The notes under the pieces were generated by a model. It had not been told where the DNA came from, made no database searches, and saw only the letters and a list, made by a program, of their open reading frames with translations. Positions 29,721 through 39,240 of a stretch of 64,000 bases of DNA are shown here, in pieces. The stretch covers positions 4,514 through 68,513 of the forward strand of contig DASZRC010000027.1 in assembly GCA_035549315.1 (NCBI GenBank), in the 5' to 3' direction. How positions within the stretch are numbered: position 1 is the stretch's first letter; every line of letters begins with the position of its first letter. This stretch comes from Patescibacteria group bacterium. GTDB lineage: Bacteria; Patescibacteriota; Microgenomatia; Levybacterales; GWA1-39-11. The position numbers were made by a program, and so were the translations under genes.

Positions 29721-30452
29721 ATGGAAAATAGAAAAAAAATACATGAGGAATATCACAAAAAAACTTCTGGACAAACTAAACTAATTTCAGAAAAAGATTT
29801 TACATATAAGCTTTTACTACCAATTATTAACAGGTATGACAAGGGGAAGAAAAAAGTCCTCGATATAGGCTGTGGAGCAGGAACAATCTCTTTATACCTT
29901 GCAAGTAAAGGACACAGTGTTAAAGGAATAGATATATCAAATAAAGCAATAAAAGCATGTATAAAATCTGCGAAAGACATGAGAATAAATAACGTTCATT
30001 TTCAAAGAATAGATTTTCCACATACTATCCCTACTGGCAAATTTGACTTAATAATTTGTACAGAAATTATTGAACATCTTGACCAGGACATTCAGGCACT
30101 TAAAAAGATGTATAGAATTCTAAATAAAAATGGCGTACTAATTCTTTCAACTCCATCCATTGATGCTCCGCTAAATAAACTTGGCTTAACAAAAAAATTT
30201 GATAAGAGAGTCGGACACCTCAGGAGGTATAAAAAGAATGATCTTATCAAGACATTAAAAAAAGAGAATTTTAAGATTATAAGCTCTGAGATAAAAGAAG
30301 GACCAATTCGTAACTATTTATTTGTAAATAATTATGCTGGCAAATTTGTGAGATTTATAAAATTTTTCTTAGTAGATGTAGTGACTTTCATGGATAACTT
30401 GTCAGTAAAATTTTTTGGAGGATCAGATATTGTTATTGTTGCTAAAAAATGA
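29721..30452 (+). CDS. Class I SAM-dependent methyltransferase
   Basis: VLDIGCGAG, FDLIICTEIIEHL, GHLRRY. Confidence 0.88.
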   Translation: MENRKKIHEEYHKKTSGQTKLISEKDFTYKLLLPIINRYDKGKKKVLDIGCGAGTISLYLASKGHSVKGIDISNKAIKACIKSAKDMRINNVHFQRIDFPHTIPTGKFDLIICTEIIEHLDQDIQALKKMYRILNKNGVLILSTPSIDAPLNKLGLTKKFDKRVGHLRRYKKNDLIKTLKKENFKIISSEIKEGPIRNYLFVNNYAGKFVRFIKFFLVDVVTFMDNLSVKFFGGSDIVIVAKK

Positions 30453-30600
30453 CCTCTTAGGAATTCGGAGACCAAAAAGACTTGTTCTTATCTTCAAATT
30501 CAACAAAAAAAACTCTAATAAGGAAAGGTTTTCCAAAAGAGAAGCAAAATCATACTATTTACCTATTGTTTTATAAAGGTTTACAATGTAGTATTATAGT

Positions 30601-31872
30601 GTGCATAGAAAAGTTATTAAAAAATATATTCATGTAATGAAATATATGGGCTCTAAGCGGGAACTATTAGAGCAAATAGAGAAAATCGTGGCCAAGAATC
30701 TACCTGAGGGCGGGGTTCTTTTAGATATATTTGCAGGAACTTGCGGAGTTGGAATTTATCTTAGAGATAAATATCCAATCTACTCTAATGATATTCAACT
30801 GTATTCAGAATTTATATCTAAAGGAACAGTTGAATCTGGCCCTATCCAAGTAAGTCGTGAACAAGTTTGGGCCCTAATTAAGGATGACTATGAGAAAAAT
30901 TACAATCACGTGTACTCTAAGCTTAAAGAGAGCGTTGATTTAAGCAATAAGTTCATTGCAACTAAGACGTGGACTAAACCAATTCTTGCTGAATATTTGA
31001 AATTTATTAAAAGTCTTCCAAACCCAGAAAACATGGAAATGTTTAAAGGCAAGAACTGGCTTGTAGACAAATATATTGAGCGCTCAAATAAAAATTCCTT
31101 GTTTCCCTACATCCAAACTATATTTTTGTTTTCGGAAATGTATTTTAGCCTAGATCAATCACTAAAAATTGACAGCATAAAATATGCAATAGACAAGTTA
31201 TCAGAAAAAAACCTAGCTTTGGGGAATTTAATGAATGTGGCCTTAATTCATGCCTATAGCTATTGCAGCGCAGGAACTGGTCATTTTGCTCAATTTAGAG
31301 ACTTATCAACTCTAAGTTCGGTTACAGATGTATTTTTATATAGAGGTAGAAGCATTGAGGATTATTTTCTTAAAAAAATGGAAGAGTTAATTTTGGCTAC
31401 GCAACTGAATAAATATCATGATTTGAGCAAATCCTTCTCTCAAAACTACACAACGCTACTAGATAATAAGTCAGTTATGTCTAAAGTTGGCCTTATATAT
31501 GCTGACCCGCCCTATTCGTTTGTCCATTACTCAAGATTCTATCATGCTATTGAGGATTTATGCAGGTATGATTATCCAATAGTGCTACATAAAGGAAGAT
31601 ACAGGACAGACCGCCATCAATCTCCTTTCTGCATTAAAACGTTGGCACCTAAAGCATTCAAAGACTTACTAGCTAAGGCAAACAAATTCAAAATACCAGT
31701 TTTAATATCCTACTCTAATACTGGCATGATTAGACTAAGTCAAATAATCAAGATAGCTAACGATATCGGCTACAAAACGGAGCTAACGGAAGTCGCTCAC
31801 AAGCACTCAACGATGGGAAGACTTAAGGATAAAGATCGCGATGTGACTGAAGCCCTAATTTTATGCAATTAG
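30601..31872 (+). CDS. N6-adenine DNA methyltransferase (D12/FokI-like class)
   Basis: KYMGSK, LDIFAGTCGVG and YADPPY..VHYSRFYH. Alternative ATG start at 30637. Confidence 0.88.
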   Translation: MHRKVIKKYIHVMKYMGSKRELLEQIEKIVAKNLPEGGVLLDIFAGTCGVGIYLRDKYPIYSNDIQLYSEFISKGTVESGPIQVSREQVWALIKDDYEKNYNHVYSKLKESVDLSNKFIATKTWTKPILAEYLKFIKSLPNPENMEMFKGKNWLVDKYIERSNKNSLFPYIQTIFLFSEMYFSLDQSLKIDSIKYAIDKLSEKNLALGNLMNVALIHAYSYCSAGTGHFAQFRDLSTLSSVTDVFLYRGRSIEDYFLKKMEELILATQLNKYHDLSKSFSQNYTTLLDNKSVMSKVGLIYADPPYSFVHYSRFYHAIEDLCRYDYPIVLHKGRYRTDRHQSPFCIKTLAPKAFKDLLAKANKFKIPVLISYSNTGMIRLSQIIKIANDIGYKTELTEVAHKHSTMGRLKDKDRDVTEALILCN

Positions 31873-32504
31873 TTCTCTCCTGCTGCTTCTTCTATTTGCT
31901 CTTTAACTTCCTTAACGCACGCATTTTTAGTTATTGCTAAAACTAAAAGAGGACACTCCGCTGCCCCACCACCTATTATTTTTGGCATAAGTTTCCCTAA
32001 ATGCGTAGTAGATGCACCATAAGATGAACCCTTACCCAGTTCATTAAATAACTCTTGCAATTCATCTGCCCTGGTAACTATGATGCCAACACTAACCACG
32101 CCAATCTGATGCAAAAGCCTAAAGTTATTCAAATCCCTATCAAAGAAGGGGTCTTTGTTATTCCATTCTAATTCAACAGCTATCTTGTTCTTATAGTAGT
32201 CGACGTTATGCGTAGGCGAAGGATTACTCGTACCATCTATCACTACATCCACATCCCATTTTTTCTCTTTCCAGCCATTACCGTATAAAACATTATCGAA
32301 TTTTGTTGCAATTGGTGACTTCCTCCCACCCGGGGTAATAATATCTTCGTGAGTTATTTGAAACTGTTGAAGAAGATCCGAAAGCTGTTTTAATTCCTCA
32401 GGGAAATCATTTTTTAGAATAGCGCTAGCATGTCTAAACTCATGGATGTCGAATTTATGCAGTATTTCAGGACTAAATATTGATGTTGATGATAAGCTTG
32501 TCAT
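31869..32504 (-). CDS. BglII/BstYI-family restriction endonuclease
   Basis: THNVD, VELEWNNKDPFFDRDLNNFRLLH, YGASTTH. Confidence 0.85.
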   Translation of the reverse strand: MTSLSSTSIFSPEILHKFDIHEFRHASAILKNDFPEELKQLSDLLQQFQITHEDIITPGGRKSPIATKFDNVLYGNGWKEKKWDVDVVIDGTSNPSPTHNVDYYKNKIAVELEWNNKDPFFDRDLNNFRLLHQIGVVSVGIIVTRADELQELFNELGKGSSYGASTTHLGKLMPKIIGGGAAECPLLVLAITKNACVKEVKEQIEEAAGEN

Positions 32505-32707
32505 TCAAAAAGTCTTTCTATTTTAACATTTAATCCAATTGATATCTTCTGTAAAGATTTAACCGATAAATTTCTGGCCCCTCTTTCAACCGAACCGATA
32601 TAGTTTCTGTGTAGCTTACAAGCTGATGAAAGCTCCTCTTGAGTGATCGCTTTCATCTCTCTGTATTTTTTAATGTTTCCTCCGATAATTTTTAGTATGT
32701 CTGACAT
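32501..32707 (-). CDS. XRE helix-turn-helix controller (C protein) of the R-M system
   Basis: GNIKKYR…ITQEELS…LHRNYIGSVERGARNLS; overlaps the REase start; TATACT 7 nt before the ATG. Confidence 0.85.
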   Translation of the reverse strand: MSDILKIIGGNIKKYREMKAITQEELSSACKLHRNYIGSVERGARNLSVKSLQKISIGLNVKIERLFE

Positions 32708-32860
32708 GCCATAAAGTATAACCAAAATAAGTAATTTATTCTATATCTTACCATATCATAGAAGGTATGGATACAAAATTTATATTATAAAGACTTTTTA
32801 TGCTTTTGATAAATTTTATTCTATTAAAAAATTATTAACCAGAATTTTAAAAAACAAATG

Positions 32861-32893
32861 GCAGCCAAACAACGTCGCCATTATTGGACGAAA
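32861..32893. repeat. 33-bp direct repeat R, copy 1
   Basis: GCAGCCAAACAACGT-cgcc-ATTATTGGACGAAA; 31/33 identical to 33613-33645. Confidence 0.85.
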
Positions 32894-32904
32894 AACTTAA
32901 TGGC

Positions 32905-33540
32905 TTAGGGTTCTTCGTGATATTTTTCCATAAACTCCTGTCTCCACTTTTGTAATCTTGCCGCACTTGGACTATTGGGATCCGGAACATAATCTTTATT
33001 ATTTCCGCCCTCTCTATTAAGATTTTGAATAAATCTTTCCATAACTCTAATATTCTGTAATGAGCCCCTATATTTTCTGCTATATGCGAGCTTCTCAATA
33101 ACTTTTGCATCTTTTGGGTCGAAAATTCCCGCTCCATCCTGTGAATTAACAACAACTATATCGTAGACAAAATCCTTTTTCATCTCATCTGCAAGAGGAC
33201 CAACTAAAAACCTCGTCTCTCTAGGGTTAAATTCAATCTCTTTCCATGCCCCCGCATCGCATAAACCCTCAAATATCTCTATTAATTCCTCTCTAAATGA
33301 CGGTGTTATATGAGCCTGTGGAAGTAATCCCCTGACCCCAACCATAATTCTGTCTTTCAATTCTGATGTTCTGGGCACATCTGAAACTTCCATTGCCGGT
33401 AGACCAAATGCTTTCTCTAATGAACTTGGCTCAACCCTCTTAAATCTCATGTCTCTTCTTGGAAGTAAATCATATAAGCCCAATAATTGGTGATTTAAAA
33501 ATTGAGGATCTTGTGGGATTGGAACGCCTTCTGTTGTCAT
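32905..33540 (-). CDS. Hypothetical protein bracketed by R repeats
   Basis: 211 aa; TATAAT 8 nt before the ATG. Confidence 0.7.
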   Translation of the reverse strand: MTTEGVPIPQDPQFLNHQLLGLYDLLPRRDMRFKRVEPSSLEKAFGLPAMEVSDVPRTSELKDRIMVGVRGLLPQAHITPSFREELIEIFEGLCDAGAWKEIEFNPRETRFLVGPLADEMKKDFVYDIVVVNSQDGAGIFDPKDAKVIEKLAYSRKYRGSLQNIRVMERFIQNLNREGGNNKDYVPDPNSPSAARLQKWRQEFMEKYHEEP

Positions 33541-33612
33541 TGGATTGAATTATAAATCCAACCAGCAATAAGGTAAAGTACTTTTGAATAAACGGTCAAA
33601 AACGTCCGACCA

Positions 33613-33645
33613 GCAGCCAAACAACGTGGCAATTATTGGACGAAA
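33613..33645. repeat. 33-bp direct repeat R, copy 2 (contains the stop codon of the 505-aa gene)
   Basis: GCAGCCAAACAACGT-ggca-ATTATTGGACGAAA. Confidence 0.85.
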
Positions 33646-35150
33646 GACGTAGTTACCTGAATTAATTGAGCTAAGTTTCTTTCCTCTCTCATTCTAAGCC
33701 TCAATTCATCCGCTCTAGTAGATAGTCTTTTTCTCTCCTCTGACCATTTTTCGCGGTCCGTATCTGAATTGGCAGCTTGAATCATTCCATCGAGCGCATT
33801 GCTTCCTCTATTTAATGCTTTTAACTCATGTACCATTAAACCTAATTTATTAAATTCCTCGGCTGCAGAAGAACTCGCAATATAAGATCGATTATCCCAA
33901 TCGGCTCTATTAGCTTTGTCCAATTTTCTTATACGTGATGCCGTCTTTGATAGCTCAATGAGAGCATTAGCAGCCCTTCTTGGATCTTTTACGCGGTCAA
34001 AATCCTGCGCAATCTTTAATTGAGTTTGATATAAAAGTTCAAGATAAGTTATTTTTCTTTTCTCCCAAGTCTCCTTATCCTCTGGTTTCAATTTAATCAT
34101 CCCATCTATTCCTGCTAGACAATATATGAGCTGCGTTACCCGCCTAGAAGGATTGGTTTCCGAATCTGCCATTCTCTTATTCCAACCGATATTTTTATCC
34201 AACCATTGACTCTTATCTTCATCTGTATCTGATAACTTAACCAAATTACTTGTAATGAATGCCGCCAAACCATACTCCGCCCTTAGAGATTCTCCATCCT
34301 GCGCAAGATCTATAGAACGAGTTACAGAATTATCTGCAACAACAAACCATTTCCTAGCCTCGTCTTTATTTACCTCACCATATCCAATCGCAGCTGCAGC
34401 CTGAGCAGACCAGTATATATATACTCTCTCCCCATGAGAATTATCACTCCTATGAGAAACTTCTGCTGCTTTCCGTGCATGATCAAACCATATTTCATCC
34501 CATGCTCTCTTATCTTCTGGAGTATTTACATATAACGCCGCTTTTCTCGCTGATTTATGAAGAGTGGCATGAAAAGTAAATTCCCAACCATTGTTTATAA
34601 GAGATACGGAGTCTAGAATATCATGAAGGTTTTTATATGCCTGTTCTAATAAATCTTTTCGTTTTTCTGGATCTTCCTCTATCTCTGCCTGTTCATTTCT
34701 TGCCCAGGCCTGCATGACAGCGGCAGAAAAAACTTGCCCAGATGAATCTGGCAGTTTTAAATCCAAAGCTTTATCTGACCACTTACATGACTCTTCATAC
34801 CAGTTAATCTTAGCAGCTGGCTCAGTCTCTCCGCGGGCGACTTTAAGTGCACTATCACCTAGATTTACGTATGCCAACAACCTGACCTTGGCGGGCATTT
34901 CTAAATGCAAGATTTTTCTAACCGAGTTGAAGGCTCCAAGCGCATTACCGTCCATCATGTCTACTGTACTATTTTTAATAGCACGGTAGATATTGGGTTT
35001 CCTGACCAAATTAGAACCTCTACCCAAACGCCTATTACTACCTTCTTTTTCTAAAAGAGAATTTGCAAGATCTTCCTCGCCCATATATTGCTCAAGAAGT
35101 GATGCAAAATCTTCTTCTGGTTGAGCACCCGGATTGTCTAGTTCTGTCAT
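33633..35150 (-). CDS. All-helical repeat (TPR-like) hypothetical protein
   Basis: Recurring 'xxKxxWxxxxxxxxxxA' helical pattern across 505 aa. Confidence 0.7.
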   Translation of the reverse strand: MTELDNPGAQPEEDFASLLEQYMGEEDLANSLLEKEGSNRRLGRGSNLVRKPNIYRAIKNSTVDMMDGNALGAFNSVRKILHLEMPAKVRLLAYVNLGDSALKVARGETEPAAKINWYEESCKWSDKALDLKLPDSSGQVFSAAVMQAWARNEQAEIEEDPEKRKDLLEQAYKNLHDILDSVSLINNGWEFTFHATLHKSARKAALYVNTPEDKRAWDEIWFDHARKAAEVSHRSDNSHGERVYIYWSAQAAAAIGYGEVNKDEARKWFVVADNSVTRSIDLAQDGESLRAEYGLAAFITSNLVKLSDTDEDKSQWLDKNIGWNKRMADSETNPSRRVTQLIYCLAGIDGMIKLKPEDKETWEKRKITYLELLYQTQLKIAQDFDRVKDPRRAANALIELSKTASRIRKLDKANRADWDNRSYIASSSAAEEFNKLGLMVHELKALNRGSNALDGMIQAANSDTDREKWSEERKRLSTRADELRLRMREERNLAQLIQVTTSFVQ

Positions 35151-35156
35151 GTGCGT

Positions 35157-35208
35157 ATTTTATCAAAAAATGAGGCTAAATGCTCAAGGTTAGTTAGGAG
35201 AGGTTAGT
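35157..35208. repeat. 52-bp direct repeat, copy 1 (other copy at 36972-37023)
   Basis: ATTTTATCAAAAAATGAGGCTAAATGCTCAAGGTTARTTAGGAGAGGTTAGT with one mismatch; includes a minus-strand TAAAAT box. Confidence 0.9.
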
Positions 35209-35298
35209 TGTTTTTTATTGAGCCACTTACATTATCAGGCAAATTATCAAAATATAATTTCCTTTGATCTTCCTCAAGTTTACCAATCTGTTTTTCAT
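35204..35298 (-). pseudogene. Remnant of the small 'family A' paralog
   Basis: Same position after a family B gene as 36163-36282; its 3' end AACAACTAACCTCT matches the end of 37769-38131; frameshifted. Confidence 0.45.
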
Positions 35299-35299
35299 T

Positions 35300-35980
35300 T
35301 TATTTGTTTACTACTGCATACAAATACTTATATGCATCGACTGCAAGCTGTGCGCCCGCAAGAGTAAATTCCGGAATCAACAATCCATGATAATCGGCAG
35401 CAAAAAGCTGTCTCCTCATACTCTTTAGTTGCTCTTCTACTGTTTTTTCTCCAGAATTATCCTTAATTAAAGTATCACTACGTCTTTTTGCTTGATCTAT
35501 TAACTTCAGATAATATTCTGCGTCTTTAACAGCGTCTAGCTCCACGCCGTTTACAACTCTAACATAATCCATTGATTCCTGAACGACTTGTCCCGCGGTT
35601 CCTGCTATATACTCCTCTCCCGAAGAAATCGAATTAATAATTACACCAGCACCCACTGATGCATCAGCCAAAACAAAGAAGTGATTCATTTCATTCTTGC
35701 CCATCTCAACAAGTGCATCTTTACCCATAACCCCGGAAAGATCCACCATTAATCGTGCTGTAATTAAGCCTGGAACGGAATGCCCTTTGCCAGATTCCCT
35801 ACTATCTCTTATTTCTCCCGCAATATCAGTTTTTTTATCCTTAAGCCCTCTCATGAGAGCTTGCTTGTAGCCGGAAAAATAAGCAAGAGTATCTCTTTTA
35901 TCTGCTTTTGACAGATTTCTTGATCTTTCACCCCACATCACCCTGTATGTAAACACTAAATCATTTTCCTGATTTGCCAT
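35300..35980 (-). CDS. Hypothetical protein, family B copy 2
   Basis: Paralog of 36285-36962 with identical C-terminus PEFTLAGAQLAVDAYKYLYAVVNK. Confidence 0.8.
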   Translation of the reverse strand: MANQENDLVFTYRVMWGERSRNLSKADKRDTLAYFSGYKQALMRGLKDKKTDIAGEIRDSRESGKGHSVPGLITARLMVDLSGVMGKDALVEMGKNEMNHFFVLADASVGAGVIINSISSGEEYIAGTAGQVVQESMDYVRVVNGVELDAVKDAEYYLKLIDQAKRRSDTLIKDNSGEKTVEEQLKSMRRQLFAADYHGLLIPEFTLAGAQLAVDAYKYLYAVVNK

Positions 35981-36043
35981 AACGCGTATTTTACCAAAAT
36001 ATATGCCTAAAAGCTTATTTTATTTTTATATCCTACAAAAAAT

Positions 36044-36060
36044 TGGCAGCCAAACAACGT
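36044..36060. repeat. Repeat R, partial copy 3
   Basis: TGGCAGCCAAACAACGT; only one arm is conserved. Confidence 0.7.
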
Positions 36061-36162
36061 TTCCATACAAGAATTTAAAATTTAGAAATATTTTGACTCA
36101 TATATGAGACAAAATAAATTAAAAGTTAAGATAAAGAATGTAGTTGTTTGTGGAAGAAAGAT

Positions 36163-36282
36163 CTAACTATTTCTTATTGGGGATTCAGCATATTCATTTT
36201 CTTTGTAAATATATGCCTGTACCCTTACTGCTCGTAGATACCCACCTTCTTCTTCCTCAATATTTCCGAATCTTTCTTTCAT
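36163..36282 (-). pseudogene. Internally deleted paralog of 37356-37706
   Basis: Encodes MKERFGNIEEEEGGYLR…PIRNS*, versus MKERFGNIEEEEGIYLR…PIRRN*. Confidence 0.7.
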
Positions 36283-36284
36283 TT

Positions 36285-36962
36285 TTATTTGTTTACTACC
36301 GCATACAAATACTTATATGCATCAACTGCTAATTGAGCTCCTGCGAGCGTAAACTCCGGAACCCACAGCCCTCTATATCCCGCAACTGAAAATCCCTTTC
36401 TCAAACTTTTTAATTTATCCTCTACCGTCTTCGCTCCAGAATTATCCTTAATTAAGGCGGAACTACCTAGCTTTGCCTCCTCCATCATCTTTATATATAT
36501 CCCTGCACCACGTACTGCATCTATGCTTGGGTCAAAAGATTCTGCTACATATCCAATAGTTTCGCTCACTTTGTTTTCCGCAATTCCTGCGATATATTCT
36601 TCCCCTTCTGTTACTGAATGCAAGACTAAGGTGGAACCCATGGATGCATCAGCTAAAACTAAAAAATTGTTAACTTTATTCGCCGCCATTTGATTGAGCG
36701 CGTCATGGTCTATTACCCGAGGAATCTCCATCACTAAACGATTGGCTATTAGGCTAGGGACCGAGAGCCTAGTCCTATCTGCTGTAGCAGTCTTTATATC
36801 AGCCACAAGCTCATCCCTCTTATTTTTTAGATCTCTTAATAACGACTGCCTGTATCCGGAGAAGTAGAACATAGCAGCTTTTTTATCTGCTTCCGAAAGA
36901 TTTCTACTTCTATCTCCCCACGCTTCTCTCATTCTAAATACTAATCCAGCTTCATGATTCAT
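36285..36962 (-). CDS. Hypothetical protein, family B copy 1
   Basis: Paralog of 35300-35980 (WG.RSRNLS.ADK, YFSGY, VLADAS, GEEYIAG). Confidence 0.8.
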   Translation of the reverse strand: MNHEAGLVFRMREAWGDRSRNLSEADKKAAMFYFSGYRQSLLRDLKNKRDELVADIKTATADRTRLSVPSLIANRLVMEIPRVIDHDALNQMAANKVNNFLVLADASMGSTLVLHSVTEGEEYIAGIAENKVSETIGYVAESFDPSIDAVRGAGIYIKMMEEAKLGSSALIKDNSGAKTVEDKLKSLRKGFSVAGYRGLWVPEFTLAGAQLAVDAYKYLYAVVNK

Positions 36963-36971
36963 AATGGTTGC

Positions 36972-37023
36972 ATTTTATCAAAAAATGAGGCTAAATGCTC
37001 AAGGTTAATTAGGAGAGGTTAGT
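36972..37023. repeat. 52-bp direct repeat, copy 2
   Basis: Matches 35157-35208 with one mismatch. Confidence 0.9.
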
Positions 37024-37353
37024 GAGCCTTTTTTCCATTGATAGACTTACTTCTATTGCCCTTCTTTTTCTTACTAAGAAATCTACAAAATTCCATTCTA
37101 TTTCCTTTATCTCTCCACCTTTACTTAGAACCTTTTTAATCCTTTCATCTTGTGCATATGTTGGCCCCAAACCAATAACAACTACAGCCTGCATATATTT
37201 ATTACCTTCTATGTATACTGTTGCTCCGGGATTTTGCTTCACAATTCTATCAACTACAAAATACGCCCCGAGCGATTGACGCAGAGATTTAAAAATCGCT
37301 GCCCTAACATATACGCCTTCTTCTTTAAAAATTGGTCCGAGTTTTTCCGCCAT
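37009..37353 (-). CDS. Hypothetical protein, family A
   Basis: EEGVYVRAAIF…NPGATV…VVVIG shared with 37769-38131. Confidence 0.75.
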   Translation of the reverse strand: MAEKLGPIFKEEGVYVRAAIFKSLRQSLGAYFVVDRIVKQNPGATVYIEGNKYMQAVVVIGLGPTYAQDERIKKVLSKGGEIKEIEWNFVDFLVRKRRAIEVSLSMEKRLTNLS

Positions 37354-37355
37354 GA

Positions 37356-37706
37356 TTAGTTACGTCTTATTGGATCCATTTGTCCATTAGAATATTTTTT
37401 GAGTGCTTGATCACTATAAATTCCTTCAACCCTAGAAATAAGATCATCGTCAAATTGCATTATTCGTCCTGATATTGCAAGTGCATTAGTTATCGCCTTA
37501 TCAACTGTTTCCCTGGGTTTTTGCCTTGCACTTACAATAAGGAGAAACTTTTCTCCATAAGGAAGACCTGCGACATTAACGCTTGCACCATTAATAGCTG
37601 CCAATATTCCATCTCCCGCCCAGGAAACTTCATCCTGTGAATCCACTTCTGCAACTCTTAGGTATATTCCTTCCTCTTCCTCAATATTTCCAAATCTTTC
37701 TTTCAT
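37356..37706 (-). CDS. Hypothetical protein, family A (divergent)
   Basis: EEGIYLRVA…GASV; TATAAT 8 nt before the ATG. Confidence 0.7.
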   Translation of the reverse strand: MKERFGNIEEEEGIYLRVAEVDSQDEVSWAGDGILAAINGASVNVAGLPYGEKFLLIVSARQKPRETVDKAITNALAISGRIMQFDDDLISRVEGIYSDQALKKYSNGQMDPIRRN

Positions 37707-37768
37707 AGAAAGGAATTATATGATTAAAGTGGGGAAAAGTAAATTTAAGTCACCTCTAAGTTAAGAGG

Positions 37769-38131
37769 TTAGTTGTTTGAGGCAAGCTTTTGCTTTAAGG
37801 ATTCTTCTATTTCTTCTCCTATTCTTTTTCTAAGTAAACCATCAACTACCAACTCATGTACGTTAATTTCTCTTCCATTCTTATCTTTCAAAGCACTCAT
37901 AATATCATTATCAAAACGCCAATAAGATTCATCATCTCCAATAACAATAACCGTACTCATATTCTTATTTCCCGGGGGAACCAAATGCACTTGTGCACCA
38001 GGATTTCTATCTACTATTCCGGAGACGGAATTAAATGCTTTATCCGCTTGTATTGGATCATAGAATATTGCACCCCTTACATACCTTCCTTCGTCCTTCT
38101 CAATAGCGCTTCTTTGTCTTTCATTTTTCAT
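37769..38131 (-). CDS. Hypothetical protein, family A
   Basis: DEGRYVRGAIF…NPGAQV…VIVIG…VDGLLRKR. Confidence 0.75.
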   Translation of the reverse strand: MKNERQRSAIEKDEGRYVRGAIFYDPIQADKAFNSVSGIVDRNPGAQVHLVPPGNKNMSTVIVIGDDESYWRFDNDIMSALKDKNGREINVHELVVDGLLRKRIGEEIEESLKQKLASNN

Positions 38132-38218
38132 AAGTTTTTAATAATTATTATTCTGTGATTTCTTATGCCACAAGTTAAGTATTATAAGATTGATAAGTTA
38201 AAAAGTAAAATTAAGTAG

Positions 38219-38695
38219 CTATTCCTCAAACGGATTAGGGAGAGGATCGCGGGGCGGAAGATATTTAGCATAATAAGCCATAATATGGAGATTCATATCT
38301 ACCCCTAATTCTTGGTATGCTGCCAAATATTTCATTTTTGCTTCCTGAATTCTTAATGCTGCAAGCTCAGGATCAAGGCCACCCAAGACATCATCTACAA
38401 TTCTTTTTCCTATGGGAGGTAGATACAATGTCTGCTCTTTTCTATCCTTATTATAGGAATCTTCCATTAAGCCCCTATTATGGATTCTCCCTCCTAGTAT
38501 ATTTAAGGAATATAAAGTTCTTTGCGCAACATTAGCCTCGGATAAATCAAGAGATGAGTACAAGCCTTTAACTCTGTCTAACTCTTGCCTAGCTGTTTCT
38601 AGTGTAATTTCAGGATAGGGCTCGGGCTCAGGCGCCACATTTTCCGGCTTTCTCCAGAAAGCGAATCTACCAAATTTACCGCGTCTTGATTCCAT
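38219..38695 (-). CDS. Hypothetical protein
   Basis: 158 aa; TATAAT 7 nt before the ATG. Confidence 0.65.
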   Translation of the reverse strand: MESRRGKFGRFAFWRKPENVAPEPEPYPEITLETARQELDRVKGLYSSLDLSEANVAQRTLYSLNILGGRIHNRGLMEDSYNKDRKEQTLYLPPIGKRIVDDVLGGLDPELAALRIQEAKMKYLAAYQELGVDMNLHIMAYYAKYLPPRDPLPNPFEE

Positions 38696-38731
38696 AATCT
38701 ATATTATAGGTCTAATTGTTTAAAAGTCAAA

Positions 38732-39202
38732 CTAAGATTTTTTACGGGGAAATTGCGGAATTTGATCCGGAGTTACGATACCTCTTTTAACAAGCTCAAA
38801 TAATCTACTGCCATCTGTTATTTGTGCCTTCAATCTATCTATCTCAGCCAAGGCAGCTCTATTCACCCCAGCATCATTTCTTCCTGGATCAACCATTTGT
38901 TCCCGAAAAAACTGGGCTGCTTTCCTAACCCTTACCGATGGCTTATCATAATCCCAACTTTCTCTTGCAGCTTGAACATCGCGAATATTTTCAAAAGATC
39001 TACCATCAAAAAATCCAAAATCCAAATCTGGAATTCTATTATTAATAGCAACTTCATCTGCTATGGCAATTACTTGCGCAGCATTAACAATCCCTTCTCT
39101 TGTTAAAATTTTTCGTGTTCTGGGATCTAAACGTAAAAGCTCAAGTCCCATCTGAGAGAATCGATTTGGCTGATACCTATCTTCTTTTTGATCTGCACTC
39201 AT
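38732..39202 (-). CDS. Hypothetical protein with an RNAP alpha-CTD/HhH-like N-terminus
   Basis: LELLRLDPRTRKILTREGIVNAAQV resembles the alpha-CTD pattern IEELxLSxRxxNxLxRxGIxTxxDL. Confidence 0.55.
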   Translation of the reverse strand: MSADQKEDRYQPNRFSQMGLELLRLDPRTRKILTREGIVNAAQVIAIADEVAINNRIPDLDFGFFDGRSFENIRDVQAARESWDYDKPSVRVRKAAQFFREQMVDPGRNDAGVNRAALAEIDRLKAQITDGSRLFELVKRGIVTPDQIPQFPRKKS

Positions 39203-39240
39203 AAAACGGATTATAAGATTTTAGATGTGAAGTTGCAAAC

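Noticed and set aside
32861-36060. R repeats as a CRISPR array or classical integron attC sites
   Set aside because: Spacing is 750-2400 bp, there are no cas or intI genes, and there is no RYYYAAC…GTTRRRY hairpin.
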